Below are positions 36,965 through 46,871 of a stretch of DNA of 64,000 nt, piece after piece (positions within the stretch are counted from its first letter, which is position 1; every line of letters begins with the position of its first letter). The translations under genes were made by a program, and so were the position numbers. The notes under the pieces were generated by a model. It did not search any database. It saw only the letters and a list, made by a program, of their open reading frames with translations, and was not told where the DNA came from. Source of the DNA: Shigella phage ESH35; sequence record ON528745, one strand, 5' to 3'.

Positions 36965-37450
36965 ATGGAAGCGATTTTGTTTGAAATGTATATTAGCAGT
37001 AATAGCATGTCGTTTGCTAAAGACGTTCCAATTACCGTAGCAGTAATGATTGATAAGGGTTATTGTGACCCAATGTATCTCGTAGAAAATTTTGTTTCAA
37101 TGCCAGTTCCAGAAGATGCTGAAATAAAACTTAAAAAGATTGGTATTATTGAAACTGTACCAAATATTCCGTTTAGAGCAATTGAAGCATTTACTAAATC
37201 TGAATACATTAATGTTAGCACAGAACATTATAATGATAAACCTTTATCTTTCTATTCGTATGATTCAGTATATAGTTGGAAAATAGATAAAGGAAATAAA
37301 TTTATAATTGTGAGTGAAGATGCTTTATCATACTTTATTTCTTCTGTATGGAATAGTTTACATCCAAATTTGCTAAAAATTCATGAATTTGATGATGCTC
37401 CTACTGTTGTTTTAGGTAAAACAAATGAAAGTTCTGAAGAAAATGTTTGA
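36965..37450 (+). CDS. mrh: possible Mrh (modulator of host rpoH)
   Basis: Track ORF trimmed to ATG after GAGGAAAAAT gives 161 aa, the T4 Mrh length; position downstream of soc fits. Confidence 0.5.
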   Translation: MEAILFEMYISSNSMSFAKDVPITVAVMIDKGYCDPMYLVENFVSMPVPEDAEIKLKKIGIIETVPNIPFRAIEAFTKSEYINVSTEHYNDKPLSFYSYDSVYSWKIDKGNKFIIVSEDALSYFISSVWNSLHPNLLKIHEFDDAPTVVLGKTNESSEENV

Positions 37451-37628
37451 ATGGTTCAATAGACCAAACTCAATGTACATTGATGATGGTTGGGTTGAAC
37501 AAGCAAATAAAGAAATGCAGAACGAGTCAGAAGAATGGATGAAATCAATGATTAGTGCTGAGAAAGAAAAGAAATTAGAACGCTCAGCGCTTAAATTGAT
37601 GAGAGACATCTATGGTGATAAATCATGA
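37443..37628 (+). CDS. hypothetical small protein
   Basis: Track ORF 37425..37628, internal ATG chosen (ATGTTTGA overlap with upstream stop). Confidence 0.35.
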   Translation: MFEWFNRPNSMYIDDGWVEQANKEMQNESEEWMKSMISAEKEKKLERSALKLMRDIYGDKS

Positions 37629-37789
37629 CCAAAGATATGACGTTAGAAGAGGCTAAAGCTAAAGCAAATGAAGCCTTGGATTTGCTTCTTAAAATTGGCA
37701 GTAAAATGATGGAAGAAAATGAGAAGTATATCCAGGAAAATAAAATTCCTGACGGTCCATTAGTAGGCAAAAGGAAATCACATGATTGA
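37625..37789 (+). CDS. hypothetical small protein
   Basis: Not in track; about 54-aa ORF linked by ATGA overlaps at both ends; approximate. Confidence 0.3.
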   Translation: MTKDMTLEEAKAKANEALDLLLKIGSKMMEENEKYIQENKIPDGPLVGKRKSHD

Positions 37790-38252
37790 AGTAGCAAAAT
37801 TATATTCAATAGAATTTATGTCCAAAGAAGGTAAATCAGTAAATACACTTGATAAAAAATGCTCATTGATTATTCCTTTAGCAGAAAATCCGGATTTTTT
37901 AATTAAAGATATAAAAGAAAGAAAATATCCAGAAAATGTTATTCTAATTATAAAGCATACTGAAGATATTTTGCAGAATACTGATTCACCGTTTTCTTCT
38001 TCTGAAGCTTTAACTATTAAAGGCTATAAAAGAGCTCATGAATATGGTCTTTTTGACCTGTTTGAAGATGATAAAGTTAAATTAGCGAGTCAGCCTTTTA
38101 AAAGTAAAACATTCATTATTGAAGATATTAAAGATATAAATGCATTTGTTAAGATGGTCTGGGCTCATTTTGATGTTGGACTACGCTGGAGAATGTCCGA
38201 AGAAGAAAGAAAGATTATTGAAGCTAATCGTCAATTTGGTTTTTATCGCTAG
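37782..38252 (+). CDS. hypothetical protein
   Basis: 156-aa ORF. Confidence 0.5.
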   Translation: MIEVAKLYSIEFMSKEGKSVNTLDKKCSLIIPLAENPDFLIKDIKERKYPENVILIIKHTEDILQNTDSPFSSSEALTIKGYKRAHEYGLFDLFEDDKVKLASQPFKSKTFIIEDIKDINAFVKMVWAHFDVGLRWRMSEEERKIIEANRQFGFYR

Positions 38253-38260
38253 GAATTAAT

Positions 38261-38443
38261 ATGGATTTATTTGAGATGTTAGAAGATAATCATTCTACGA
38301 ATATCCAGAATGATTCTAGTGATTATAAGAAAGAGTACCGTATAGTATTACAGAATTATGGAATTGAAGCCCCAGATGCTCTTCTAGAAGAACTAGCTTC
38401 ATACCATCTTGACCCTCCGCCTTGGGCTCCCTGGGCAAAATAA
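38261..38443 (+). CDS. hypothetical acidic small protein
   Basis: 60-aa ORF. Confidence 0.4.
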   Translation: MDLFEMLEDNHSTNIQNDSSDYKKEYRIVLQNYGIEAPDALLEELASYHLDPPPWAPWAK

Positions 38444-38510
38444 TTCAAAAAGTTGTTTACTTTCCTTTCTAACGATGATATGATAGCTTCTGAAGTATAC
38501 GGAGGCTATC

Positions 38511-39134
38511 ATGATTATTAATCTTGCAGATGTTGAACAGTTATCTATAAAAGCTGAAAGCGTTGATTTTCAATATGATATGTATAAAAAGGTCTGTGAA
38601 AAATTTACTGACTTTGAACAGTCAATTCTTTGGCAATGTATGGAAGCCAAAAAGAATGAAGCTCTTCATAGGCAGTTGAATAAAATCATTAAAAAGCATT
38701 TAACTAAATCACCTTATCAGTTATATCGTGGTATATCAAAATCGACAAAAGAACTCATTAAAGATTTACAAGTTGGAGAAGTGTTTTCAACGAACAGGGT
38801 AGATTCATTTACTACTAGTTTGCACACAGCATGTGGTTTTTCTTATGTTGAGTATTTCACTGAAATAATATTTCGCTTAAAAACTGATAAAGCTTTTAAT
38901 TATTCTGACCATATCAGCGATATTATACTTTCTTCTCCTAATACTGAGTTTAAGTACACGTATGAAGATACTGGTGGGCTAGATTCAGAGCGTACTGATA
39001 ACTTAATGATGATTGTGCGTGAACAAGAATGGATGATTCCAATTGGAAAGTATAGAATAACTTCTATTTCAAAAGAAAAATTACACGATTCATTTGGAAC
39101 ATTTAAAGTGTATGATATTGAGGTAGTTGAATGA
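38511..39134 (+). CDS. modB: ADP-ribosyltransferase ModB
   Basis: 207 aa; R-S-E triad candidates (YRGIS, STS, EQEWMIP); paralogous to next ORF. Confidence 0.7.
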   Translation: MIINLADVEQLSIKAESVDFQYDMYKKVCEKFTDFEQSILWQCMEAKKNEALHRQLNKIIKKHLTKSPYQLYRGISKSTKELIKDLQVGEVFSTNRVDSFTTSLHTACGFSYVEYFTEIIFRLKTDKAFNYSDHISDIILSSPNTEFKYTYEDTGGLDSERTDNLMMIVREQEWMIPIGKYRITSISKEKLHDSFGTFKVYDIEVVE

Positions 39135-39733
39135 AATATTCAGCAATGCAATTAAAAGATTTTAAAATCAAATCAATGGATGCATCTGTGCGTGCTTCTA
39201 TTCGTGAAGAATTACTTTCCGAAGGATTTAATTTATCTGAAATTGAACTTTTAATTCATTGTATTACTAATAAACCAGACGATCATTCTTGGTTAAATGA
39301 AATAGTCAAATCTCGTTTGGTTCCAAACGATAAACCTCTTTGGAGAGGTGTTCCAGTTGAGACTAAACAGGTGTTAAATCAAGGAATTGATATTATTACA
39401 TTTGATAAAGTAGTATCAGCTTCATATGATAAAAATATAGCTCTACATTTTGCTTCTGGATTAGAATACAACACACAAGTTATTTTTGAATTCAAAGCTC
39501 CTATGGTGTTTAATTTCCAGGAGTATGCTATAAAAGCTTTACGTTGTAAAGAATATAGTCCGAGTTTTAAGTTTCCGGATAGCCATCGCTATCGTAATAT
39601 GGAATTAGTTTCAGATGAACAAGAAGTAATGATACCAGCTGGAAGTGTATTTAGAATTGCGGATAGATACGAGTATAAAAAGTATTCAACATACACTATC
39701 TATACTCTTGATTTTGAAGGATTTAATCTATAA
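39131..39733 (+). CDS. modA: ADP-ribosyltransferase ModA
   Basis: 200 aa; LWRGV, S-x-S, EQEVMIP motifs; start overlaps modB stop. Confidence 0.7.
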   Translation: MKYSAMQLKDFKIKSMDASVRASIREELLSEGFNLSEIELLIHCITNKPDDHSWLNEIVKSRLVPNDKPLWRGVPVETKQVLNQGIDIITFDKVVSASYDKNIALHFASGLEYNTQVIFEFKAPMVFNFQEYAIKALRCKEYSPSFKFPDSHRYRNMELVSDEQEVMIPAGSVFRIADRYEYKKYSTYTIYTLDFEGFNL

Positions 39734-39849
39734 TGGAAGGACTTAGATTCATTATACCATGAAAGTTTTAAAGCATTTTTCATAAAGTTGTTTACAAGCC
39801 AAGGTAAAAATGTTATAGTATAAGTAGTTAACCCGTCCGTGAGAAAAAT

Positions 39850-40596
39850 ATGAAACTGTCTAAAAATCAAATTCGTAAAATTACACGTCGTCTAGAGCAC
39901 ACTCAGGCATCTGCTAAAAGACGTTCTAAAGATTTTAACTTAGACTTCAATTACATTAAGAACATTTTAGATCAGAAAGTTTGCGCTTACTCAGGAGAAC
40001 CTTTTGATAATCGTATTGAAGGAGAGAAATTATCATTAGAACGTTTTGATAATAACGTTGGATACATTAAAGGGAATGTTATTGCAGTAAAGAAAAAGTA
40101 CAATACATTTCGTTCTGATTATACTTTAGAAGAGTTGATTGAAAAACGGGATTTATTTGCTTTGCGAATTGGTCGTTCATCTGCGAAAAAAGTTCATAAA
40201 CTAAATTTAGATGAAAAGAAATGGGCTAAAATCAAAAAGACTTATAATCAAATTAAAGCTATACAGAAAAAACGTGAAAATCGAATTGAACACATTTCTC
40301 AGCTTTCTAAATCAAAACAGACCTCTGACATTAAGCTAAGGATTATAGCACTTAAAGCTCGTATTGATGGTTCTCGCATAGCAGAAGGCGCTGAAGTTGT
40401 TAAACTGAACGTTCTTCTTAAAGGCTCGGATTGGAAAATTGTGAAAAAGTTGTCAGAAGCAGAAATGCAATATGATATGTGTGATAAAATTATTCAAGGT
40501 GTAGAGCGGTATCAAAACTTGTCTTTTATTGATAAACTTAAACTGAAAAGAGGATACCCGCTAAATTGTTCAATTTTTAAACTTATCCGAGGATAA
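39850..40596 (+). CDS. srd: Srd-like protein
   Basis: 248 aa, basic; length and position match T4 Srd; early promoter upstream. Confidence 0.55.
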   Translation: MKLSKNQIRKITRRLEHTQASAKRRSKDFNLDFNYIKNILDQKVCAYSGEPFDNRIEGEKLSLERFDNNVGYIKGNVIAVKKKYNTFRSDYTLEELIEKRDLFALRIGRSSAKKVHKLNLDEKKWAKIKKTYNQIKAIQKKRENRIEHISQLSKSKQTSDIKLRIIALKARIDGSRIAEGAEVVKLNVLLKGSDWKIVKKLSEAEMQYDMCDKIIQGVERYQNLSFIDKLKLKRGYPLNCSIFKLIRG

Positions 40597-40597
40597 T

Positions 40598-40909
40598 ATG
40601 GTTTATGTATATGCGATAGTTTACCGAGACAAAGACGGATTTACGGCGCCAGTTCCACTTGATGAACATCGTCCTGCTGTGTTTTTTGAAAGAGAGATTG
40701 CTGATAGAGTTTTTACTACTCTCAAAGACCAATATAAACTAGCTTTAGGTATGGGAATTCCAAGACTAGTTGAGACTCCACGCAAGTTTTGGTTTAATAA
40801 AATAGAAGTTAAACATGTTAAGCCTGATGTAGATACACAAAGATTATATCAACGAATTCTAGATACTGGGCGTATTGTTAGTATTCCAATTGCAGGGACT
40901 TTCCGATGA
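40598..40909 (+). CDS. hypothetical protein (dda.1 position)
   Basis: 103-aa ORF overlapping dda start. Confidence 0.45.
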   Translation: MVYVYAIVYRDKDGFTAPVPLDEHRPAVFFEREIADRVFTTLKDQYKLALGMGIPRLVETPRKFWFNKIEVKHVKPDVDTQRLYQRILDTGRIVSIPIAGTFR

Positions 40910-42225
40910 CATTTGATGATTTGACAGAAGGCCAGAAAAACGCCTTTAACATCGTTATGAGGGCTATTAAAGAAAAGAAACATCATGTAACTATTAATGG
41001 ACCTGCTGGTACTGGTAAGACTACTCTTACTAAGTTCATCATTGAAGCTTTAATATCAACAGGCGAAACTGGTATCATTTTGGCAGCTCCTACACATGCA
41101 GCTAAAAAGATTCTTTCAAAACTGTCGGGGAAAGAAGCGAGTACTATTCACAGCATTCTTAAAATTAACCCGGTAACATATGAAGAAAATGTTCTTTTTG
41201 AACAGAAGGAAGTACCAGATTTAGCTAAATGCAGGGTATTAATCTGCGATGAAGTGTCAATGTATGATAGAAAGCTATTTAAAATTCTGCTTTCAACTAT
41301 TCCACCTTGGTGTACTATAATTGGAATAGGGGATAATAAGCAAATTAGACCTGTTGATCCAGGAGAAAATACTGCTTATATCAGTCCATTCTTTACACAC
41401 AAAGATTTTTATCAGTGTGAACTTACTGAAGTTAAACGCAGTAATGCTCCTATTATTGATGTAGCTACTGATGTTCGTAACGGTAAGTGGATTTATGATA
41501 AAGTTGTTGACGGGCATGGAGTACGTGGATTTACTGGTGATACCGCTTTACGCGATTTTATGGTAAATTATTTTTCAATCGTCAAATCGCTAGATGATTT
41601 GTTTGAAAATCGCGTAATGGCATTTACGAATAAATCTGTTGACAAGTTAAACAATATTATTCGCAAAAAGATTTTTGAAACTGATAAAGATTTTATTGTC
41701 GGTGAAATTATTGTAATGCAAGAACCGTTAATTAAAACATATAAAATTGATGGAAAGCCTGTATCAGAAATTATTTTTAATAACGGACAATTAGTTCGTA
41801 TTATAGAAGCAGAGTATACATCGACGTTTGTTAAAGCTCGTGGTGTTCCTGGAGAATATCTAATTCGTCATTGGGATTTAACAGTAGAAACTTACGGTGA
41901 TGATGAATATTATCGTGAAAAGATTAAAATAATTTCATCTGATGAAGAGTTATATAAGTTTAACCTATTTTTAGGTAAAACGGCAGAAACTTATAAAAAT
42001 TGGAACAAAGGCGGAAAAGCTCCGTGGAGTGATTTTTGGGATGCTAAATCACAGTTCAGTAAAGTGAAAGCACTTCCTGCATCAACATTCCATAAAGCTC
42101 AGGGTATGTCTGTAGACCGTGCTTTCATTTATACGCCTTGTATTCATTATGCAGATGCTGAATTAGCTCAACAACTTCTTTATGTTGGTGTTACCCGTGG
42201 TCGTTATGACGTATTTTATGTGTGA
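40906..42225 (+). CDS. dda: Dda DNA helicase (SF1)
   Basis: 439 aa; Walker A GPAGTGKTT, Walker B LICDEVSM. Confidence 0.92.
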   Translation: MTFDDLTEGQKNAFNIVMRAIKEKKHHVTINGPAGTGKTTLTKFIIEALISTGETGIILAAPTHAAKKILSKLSGKEASTIHSILKINPVTYEENVLFEQKEVPDLAKCRVLICDEVSMYDRKLFKILLSTIPPWCTIIGIGDNKQIRPVDPGENTAYISPFFTHKDFYQCELTEVKRSNAPIIDVATDVRNGKWIYDKVVDGHGVRGFTGDTALRDFMVNYFSIVKSLDDLFENRVMAFTNKSVDKLNNIIRKKIFETDKDFIVGEIIVMQEPLIKTYKIDGKPVSEIIFNNGQLVRIIEAEYTSTFVKARGVPGEYLIRHWDLTVETYGDDEYYREKIKIISSDEELYKFNLFLGKTAETYKNWNKGGKAPWSDFWDAKSQFSKVKALPASTFHKAQGMSVDRAFIYTPCIHYADAELAQQLLYVGVTRGRYDVFYV

Positions 42226-42231
42226 GGATAT

Positions 42232-42492
42232 ATGATTAACATCAATTCAAAATATTTAAATCGTCTAATAGATGGTATAAGGAAGCATACTAATAAGCAA
42301 GATAATCTCGATGTTATGGTAACAGGAGCTGAGCTCCTTCATAAGCTTTATCTTATAAGTGATACTATATTAGCAATTAAACGAATTGAAAAACAATCAT
42401 ATCACAGTAATACAGATACGGTAATTACACTAGATGAAAGTGTCTGTAAATTACTAATTAAATTTGAGGAAGCTATTCGTGGAAATAACTAA
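42232..42492 (+). CDS. hypothetical protein (paralog triplet 1)
   Basis: 86-aa ORF. Confidence 0.45.
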   Translation: MININSKYLNRLIDGIRKHTNKQDNLDVMVTGAELLHKLYLISDTILAIKRIEKQSYHSNTDTVITLDESVCKLLIKFEEAIRGNN

Positions 42493-42724
42493 AGACCAGT
42501 TTTATCTGCTTCAAGATAAAGTGAGCGAAATTTATGAAATAGCTTATAGTAAAAATCGTAGAAATGTAAAAATTGAATCTGGCAAGTTAATGCTTCAATT
42601 AGAAGAAATTGAACGAGATTTAATTGCGTTAGAATTCTTTTGTGGTGAAGTGAAAACTGTTACAATCAGTGATTATGTTTTAGGCGAAATTAGCCATCTT
42701 TATAAGGCGATTATTAATGATTGA
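42464..42724 (+). CDS. hypothetical protein (paralog triplet 2)
   Basis: 86-aa ORF; C-terminal ..DYVLGEISHLYKAI. Confidence 0.45.
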   Translation: MRKLFVEITKDQFYLLQDKVSEIYEIAYSKNRRNVKIESGKLMLQLEEIERDLIALEFFCGEVKTVTISDYVLGEISHLYKAIIND

Positions 42725-42959
42725 ATTAAGTTGGTATCAGTTTAAATCTCTTATGGCAAATGTTAAAGCTGTCATTGAAGAAAATCCAGGACCTGAAAAT
42801 GTAACTATTCGTGAAAAAGCTTCAAAGATAGTATACAGTCTTGAAGAGATGCAAAAAGATATTGAATCTATGGCAAAATTTATTGATGAGCCCATTAATA
42901 AAGTTTATATCCAAGATTATACTGTAGGTCAAATTCGCGATTTAGCGAGGAAAGTTTAA
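42717..42959 (+). CDS. hypothetical protein (paralog triplet 3)
   Basis: 80-aa ORF; C-terminal ..DYTVGQIRDLARKV similar to previous ORF. Confidence 0.45.
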   Translation: MIELSWYQFKSLMANVKAVIEENPGPENVTIREKASKIVYSLEEMQKDIESMAKFIDEPINKVYIQDYTVGQIRDLARKV

Positions 42960-43642
42960 TGTTTGATTTTATTATAGATTTTGAAACGATGGGAAGCGGT
43001 GAAAAAGCAGCTGTTATTGATTTGGCTGTAATTGCTTTTGACCCTAACCCGGAAGTTGTTGAAACATTCGATGAACTAGTTTCACGTGGCATTAAAATTA
43101 AATTTGACTTAAAAAGTCAAAAAGGACATCGTCTTTTTACTAAAAGCACTATCGAATGGTGGAAGAATCAATCTCCTGAAGCTAGAAAAAATATTGCACC
43201 ATCAGATGAAGATGTAAGCACTATCGATGGTATTGCAAAATTCAATGATTACATCAATGCACATAACATCGATCCTTGGAAATCTCAAGGTTGGTGCCGT
43301 GGAATGTCGTTTGATTTTCCAATTTTAGTCGATCTCATTCGCGATATTCAACGTCTTAACGGCGTTTCCGAGAATGAGCTTGATACATTTAAGTTAGAAC
43401 CGTGTAAATTCTGGAATCAACGCGACATTCGTACTAGAATTGAAGCACTTCTCCTTGTTCGTGATATGACCACTTGTCCTCTTCCAAAGGGAACTTTAGA
43501 TGGATTCGTTGCACATGATTCTATTCATGACTGTGCGAAAGACATCCTGATGATGAAGTATGCTTTGCGATACGCTATGGGTCTTGAAGATGCTCCGTCA
43601 GAGGAAGAGTGCGATCCTCTGTCTCTTCCAACAAAACGATAA
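42959..43642 (+). CDS. dexA: exonuclease A DexA (DEDDh 3'-5' exonuclease)
   Basis: 227 aa; N-terminal DFETMG motif; length and position match T4 DexA. Confidence 0.8.
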   Translation: MFDFIIDFETMGSGEKAAVIDLAVIAFDPNPEVVETFDELVSRGIKIKFDLKSQKGHRLFTKSTIEWWKNQSPEARKNIAPSDEDVSTIDGIAKFNDYINAHNIDPWKSQGWCRGMSFDFPILVDLIRDIQRLNGVSENELDTFKLEPCKFWNQRDIRTRIEALLLVRDMTTCPLPKGTLDGFVAHDSIHDCAKDILMMKYALRYAMGLEDAPSEEECDPLSLPTKR

Positions 43643-43705
43643 AAAGTTGTTTACTTCCTCGGTTAGTTGTGGTATTATAACACCATAGCTACTGAGGATA
43701 ATAAA

Positions 43706-44218
43706 ATGAAAATTTATCGTGTTGAATCATCGTTTAGCGCATTAAATGATGATAGTGGTATAATGAAAATTAGGCAAGAGTTATGTGTTCAATCAACTCC
43801 TTATCGTGGATTTGATTCTATGAAAACTCGAACTTGGCTAAAATTTTGCGGTATTAATTCATCGTCATTTCATCATCATAGCGATAATTATGAAAGCCAT
43901 GAAAGTATTCCTATTCCACACGATGATAAGTTATTAGTTGAAAATGCTAATGATGCTATTAAAACTAAATGGAATAAAGATTATTCACGAATTGAAAATT
44001 ATATTCCATTGTGGTTTATTGCATTATATCATTTTGCTTTCGCTAGTGAATATGATATAATGAGATGGTTTACTCGAGAAGAGCGTGAAGACTTAAAAGA
44101 TCGTGGAATGTACATTGCGATTTATGAAGTGCCAGATGATCAAGTTATCATTGGTGGGCATCAAGTAATGTTTCGCAAATCGCATGCCGAATTAAAAGGC
44201 TTTATTACCTTAGATTAA
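43706..44218 (+). CDS. hypothetical protein (motB-region)
   Basis: Track ORF 43667 trimmed to ATG after GAGGATAATAAA; 170 aa. Confidence 0.5.
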   Translation: MKIYRVESSFSALNDDSGIMKIRQELCVQSTPYRGFDSMKTRTWLKFCGINSSSFHHHSDNYESHESIPIPHDDKLLVENANDAIKTKWNKDYSRIENYIPLWFIALYHFAFASEYDIMRWFTREEREDLKDRGMYIAIYEVPDDQVIIGGHQVMFRKSHAELKGFITLD

Positions 44219-44227
44219 AGGAAAATT

Positions 44228-44728
44228 ATGATTAAAATTAATACTACGTATCAAATGAAAAAACCATCTGAAATTGATTTCCAGACAATGTCGAATACGA
44301 CTGATAGCAAGTTTTGGGAACTTCTTGGTACAACTGGCGGATATCCTTTTACTGTTATTAGTGTTAATAGCGGAATTCTCATTGGTACAGTGTACATGGA
44401 AATTAGAAACTATTATGGAAGGGTATCATCATTCATCATCTATGAAGAAGATTTCAATTTATTGACAGAAATTGAAAAAGAAGAACAAGAAAAATCCCAT
44501 ATTGATATGGATTTAGTTTCTATGTATGTAACACCAGTTGAAAAAATTGAAGACCCGACTGATTTGTTGTGTAAGGCAGTTTATATTCGTCGTCCATTCG
44601 CGAATCCGATTGGCGGTTGGGTAACTGATCAGTGGATTGAAGATGGTGTTGAACTTCTGAACGTAGTTCATGCTGGAGAGTACTCTGTAGTTCCTCGCAG
44701 CGCAGTGATTAATGTTCGTGTAAGCTAG
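44228..44728 (+). CDS. hypothetical protein (paralog pair A)
   Basis: 166 aa; C-terminal motif VTDQWIEDGVELLNVVHAGEYSVVP. Confidence 0.5.
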   Translation: MIKINTTYQMKKPSEIDFQTMSNTTDSKFWELLGTTGGYPFTVISVNSGILIGTVYMEIRNYYGRVSSFIIYEEDFNLLTEIEKEEQEKSHIDMDLVSMYVTPVEKIEDPTDLLCKAVYIRRPFANPIGGWVTDQWIEDGVELLNVVHAGEYSVVPRSAVINVRVS

Positions 44729-44801
44729 TTTACAAACTCTTGGGATCAGAGTATAATGGTCCTGCGGAGTATAAAATCTTTTTAACAAGTGAGAGATAAT
44801 T

Positions 44802-45293
44802 ATGAATATTAATATCGGTGAAATTGCTCGTGTATCTGATAAATCCCGTTCTAAAGCAGCAGGAAAATTGGTTGAAGTCGTAAGCATTCAGCTTAAACAT
44901 GGTGTTAAAGATGAAGATTCTGAAGTAAAAGTGCGTATCATTCCTAAAGATGGAATGTCTAAACCTCAGTTTGGTTATGTTCGATGGAAATTTCTTGAGC
45001 CTGCGTTTTTGAAAGCTGTTCCCGCTAAAGGAATTGAAACGATTGATACTTCGCATGTAGGTGTAGACTTTAAGTGGAAACTTGGTCAAGCTATCAAGTT
45101 CGTTGCTCCTTATGAGTTTGAATTTACTGAAGGTGAGGAAGGTGTTGTTAACCGTACTCGCGCTATGTGTGCATACATTACTGATCAATGGGTAGAAGAT
45201 GGCGTTAAGTTATACAACGCGGTATTTTTAGGAACATACAAAGTCATTCCTGAAAGTTGGATTAAACACTACAGCAAAGCTCGCTATGCATAA
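44802..45293 (+). CDS. hypothetical protein (paralog pair B; MotB-sized)
   Basis: 163 aa; C-terminal motif ITDQWVEDGVKLYNAVFLGTYKVIP shared with previous ORF. Confidence 0.5.
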   Translation: MNINIGEIARVSDKSRSKAAGKLVEVVSIQLKHGVKDEDSEVKVRIIPKDGMSKPQFGYVRWKFLEPAFLKAVPAKGIETIDTSHVGVDFKWKLGQAIKFVAPYEFEFTEGEEGVVNRTRAMCAYITDQWVEDGVKLYNAVFLGTYKVIPESWIKHYSKARYA

Positions 45294-45310
45294 AGTTTAA
45301 TTTTTTTTTC

Positions 45311-45391
45311 ATAAAACTATATACATCAGTAGTTGATTATGGTACTATATCAATATCAACTACTGATACAGAAAACAACTTGGAGAATAAA
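45311..45391 (+). promoter_or_regulatory. promoter/leader cassette copy C (degenerate -35, 11-bp inverted repeat)
   Basis: CAGTAGTTGAT...TATGGTACTATATCAAT...ATCAACTACTGATACAGA; same downstream leader as copy B. Confidence 0.5.
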
Positions 45392-45661
45392 ATGGAAAAC
45401 TTAATTATCATCGAGCAATCTTTCAACGATTATGGTATGGCTTACGGTTATCGTGCGATAATGGAAGATTCTCGTGGATGTGTTATCGATATTGCTGAAT
45501 GTAAAGATTTACTGCAGCTTTTGAAGATTGTTCGCAAAAATTGGGATTGTGAAAACATTAAAGCTCGTGTTGTTACAGAAGAAGAAACTGTTTTTCATGA
45601 TGTAAAATTCGCTAAAGGTGCTGCTACTCTTCTGAAACGTATCGCTCCACTGTTCAATTAA
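45392..45661 (+). CDS. hypothetical protein
   Basis: Track ORF 45380 (TTG) trimmed to ATG after GGAGAATAAA, same leader as ORF 26860. Confidence 0.5.
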   Translation: MENLIIIEQSFNDYGMAYGYRAIMEDSRGCVIDIAECKDLLQLLKIVRKNWDCENIKARVVTEEETVFHDVKFAKGAATLLKRIAPLFN

Positions 45662-45674
45662 TGAGGAAATTGTA

Positions 45675-45890
45675 ATGAAACGTAAAATTGTTCAGAATTG
45701 CACTAATGACGAATTTGAAGATGTATTATTTGATCCAGATTTGGTAGTGGTTCAAAAGGAACATACCGTTAAGTTTACTCACTTGACTTCGGTTTATGTG
45801 TATGAAAAGGTTGGTGATAAACAACCAATTTACGGTGTATTTCGTGAAATTACTGAAGATGGCACAACTTACTGGAAGGAAATTTATTAA
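45675..45890 (+). CDS. hypothetical protein
   Basis: 71-aa ORF. Confidence 0.45.
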   Translation: MKRKIVQNCTNDEFEDVLFDPDLVVVQKEHTVKFTHLTSVYVYEKVGDKQPIYGVFREITEDGTTYWKEIY

Positions 45891-46315
45891 TGGCTATTAA
45901 ATTTGAAGTTAATAAATGGTATCAATTTAAAAATAAACAAGCTCAAGAAGATTTTATCAAGGACCATACTGAAAACGGAATTTATGCACGACGTCTTGGT
46001 ATGGAACCTTTTAGAGTTACAGATATTGACTATCTTGGTCGTCCTACTAAAATTATGTCATTTACTGGCACAATTGGATATGCAACACATGGTGATATCC
46101 TTGACGAAAACTTTATCTGGCTCTCTACTAACGAAGCCGAGTTCTTTGATGAAGTGGAAAATCCATATCAGGCAGCTGAAGAGCAAGAGCAGGAAGAGAA
46201 AGAGCAAGAACAAATAGAAGATTTCACAGAATTTCCTGTCATGAAAGTTACTATTGAAAATAATGAACAGGCATGGTCCTTGTATCAAATGCTGAAAGCA
46301 CACTTTAAGGAATAA
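45890..46315 (+). CDS. hypothetical protein with strongly acidic C-terminal tail
   Basis: 141 aa; tail ..[28 protein letters not shown]. Confidence 0.5.
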   Translation: MAIKFEVNKWYQFKNKQAQEDFIKDHTENGIYARRLGMEPFRVTDIDYLGRPTKIMSFTGTIGYATHGDILDENFIWLSTNEAEFFDEVENPYQAAEEQEQEEKEQEQIEDFTEFPVMKVTIENNEQAWSLYQMLKAHFKE

Positions 46316-46317
46316 TT

Positions 46318-46494
46318 ATGCCAACGTATGATTATAAATGCCAATCCGAAGATTGCGGGCATGAATATGAAAAAATTAAAAAGATTTCTGAACGAGAAAA
46401 TGATGTTTGCCCTAAATGTCATCGTTTGTCTACTCGTCGGCCTTCTGCTCCTAAGCATGTGAATGGCGGTTTTTACGATTTACTTAAAGGGTGA
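46318..46494 (+). CDS. small zinc-ribbon protein
   Basis: Not in track; about 58 aa; YDYKCQSEDCGH..CPKCH CxxC..CxxC. Confidence 0.35.
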   Translation: MPTYDYKCQSEDCGHEYEKIKKISERENDVCPKCHRLSTRRPSAPKHVNGGFYDLLKG

Positions 46495-46496
46495 TT

Positions 46497-46871
46497 ATGT
46501 TTAAAATCGGTAAGAAATATCGTGTTCGCGAAGGTGAAGAAAAGAAATATCTACTTTCTGCTAGTAATAGGAATGGTTCTATTAATGCCGTAATATCTAC
46601 AAGCGAATTTATCGTTGAAGATATGAAAGGTCATAATGTTACAATGATTAGTACAGCAACTAGCAGAAATGCTGGAAAAATTCTTCACAGTCTGCGGAGT
46701 GAAGTTCTAATTTATGATGAAGAATTTGACTTCTTCGAAGAAGTTCCTGAAGATTTTGATTTTGAATGCACTATCACTATGAAATCTGGTGACCCTCTTT
46801 CTTTTACAGTTAAAGATGAAAGAAGCCGTTTGAGAATTATTAGTCTCCTTCAAGCCATTAAATTTAAGTGA
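46497..46871 (+). CDS. hypothetical protein
   Basis: Track ORF 46491 (GTG) trimmed to ATG. Confidence 0.45.
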   Translation: MFKIGKKYRVREGEEKKYLLSASNRNGSINAVISTSEFIVEDMKGHNVTMISTATSRNAGKILHSLRSEVLIYDEEFDFFEEVPEDFDFECTITMKSGDPLSFTVKDERSRLRIISLLQAIKFK

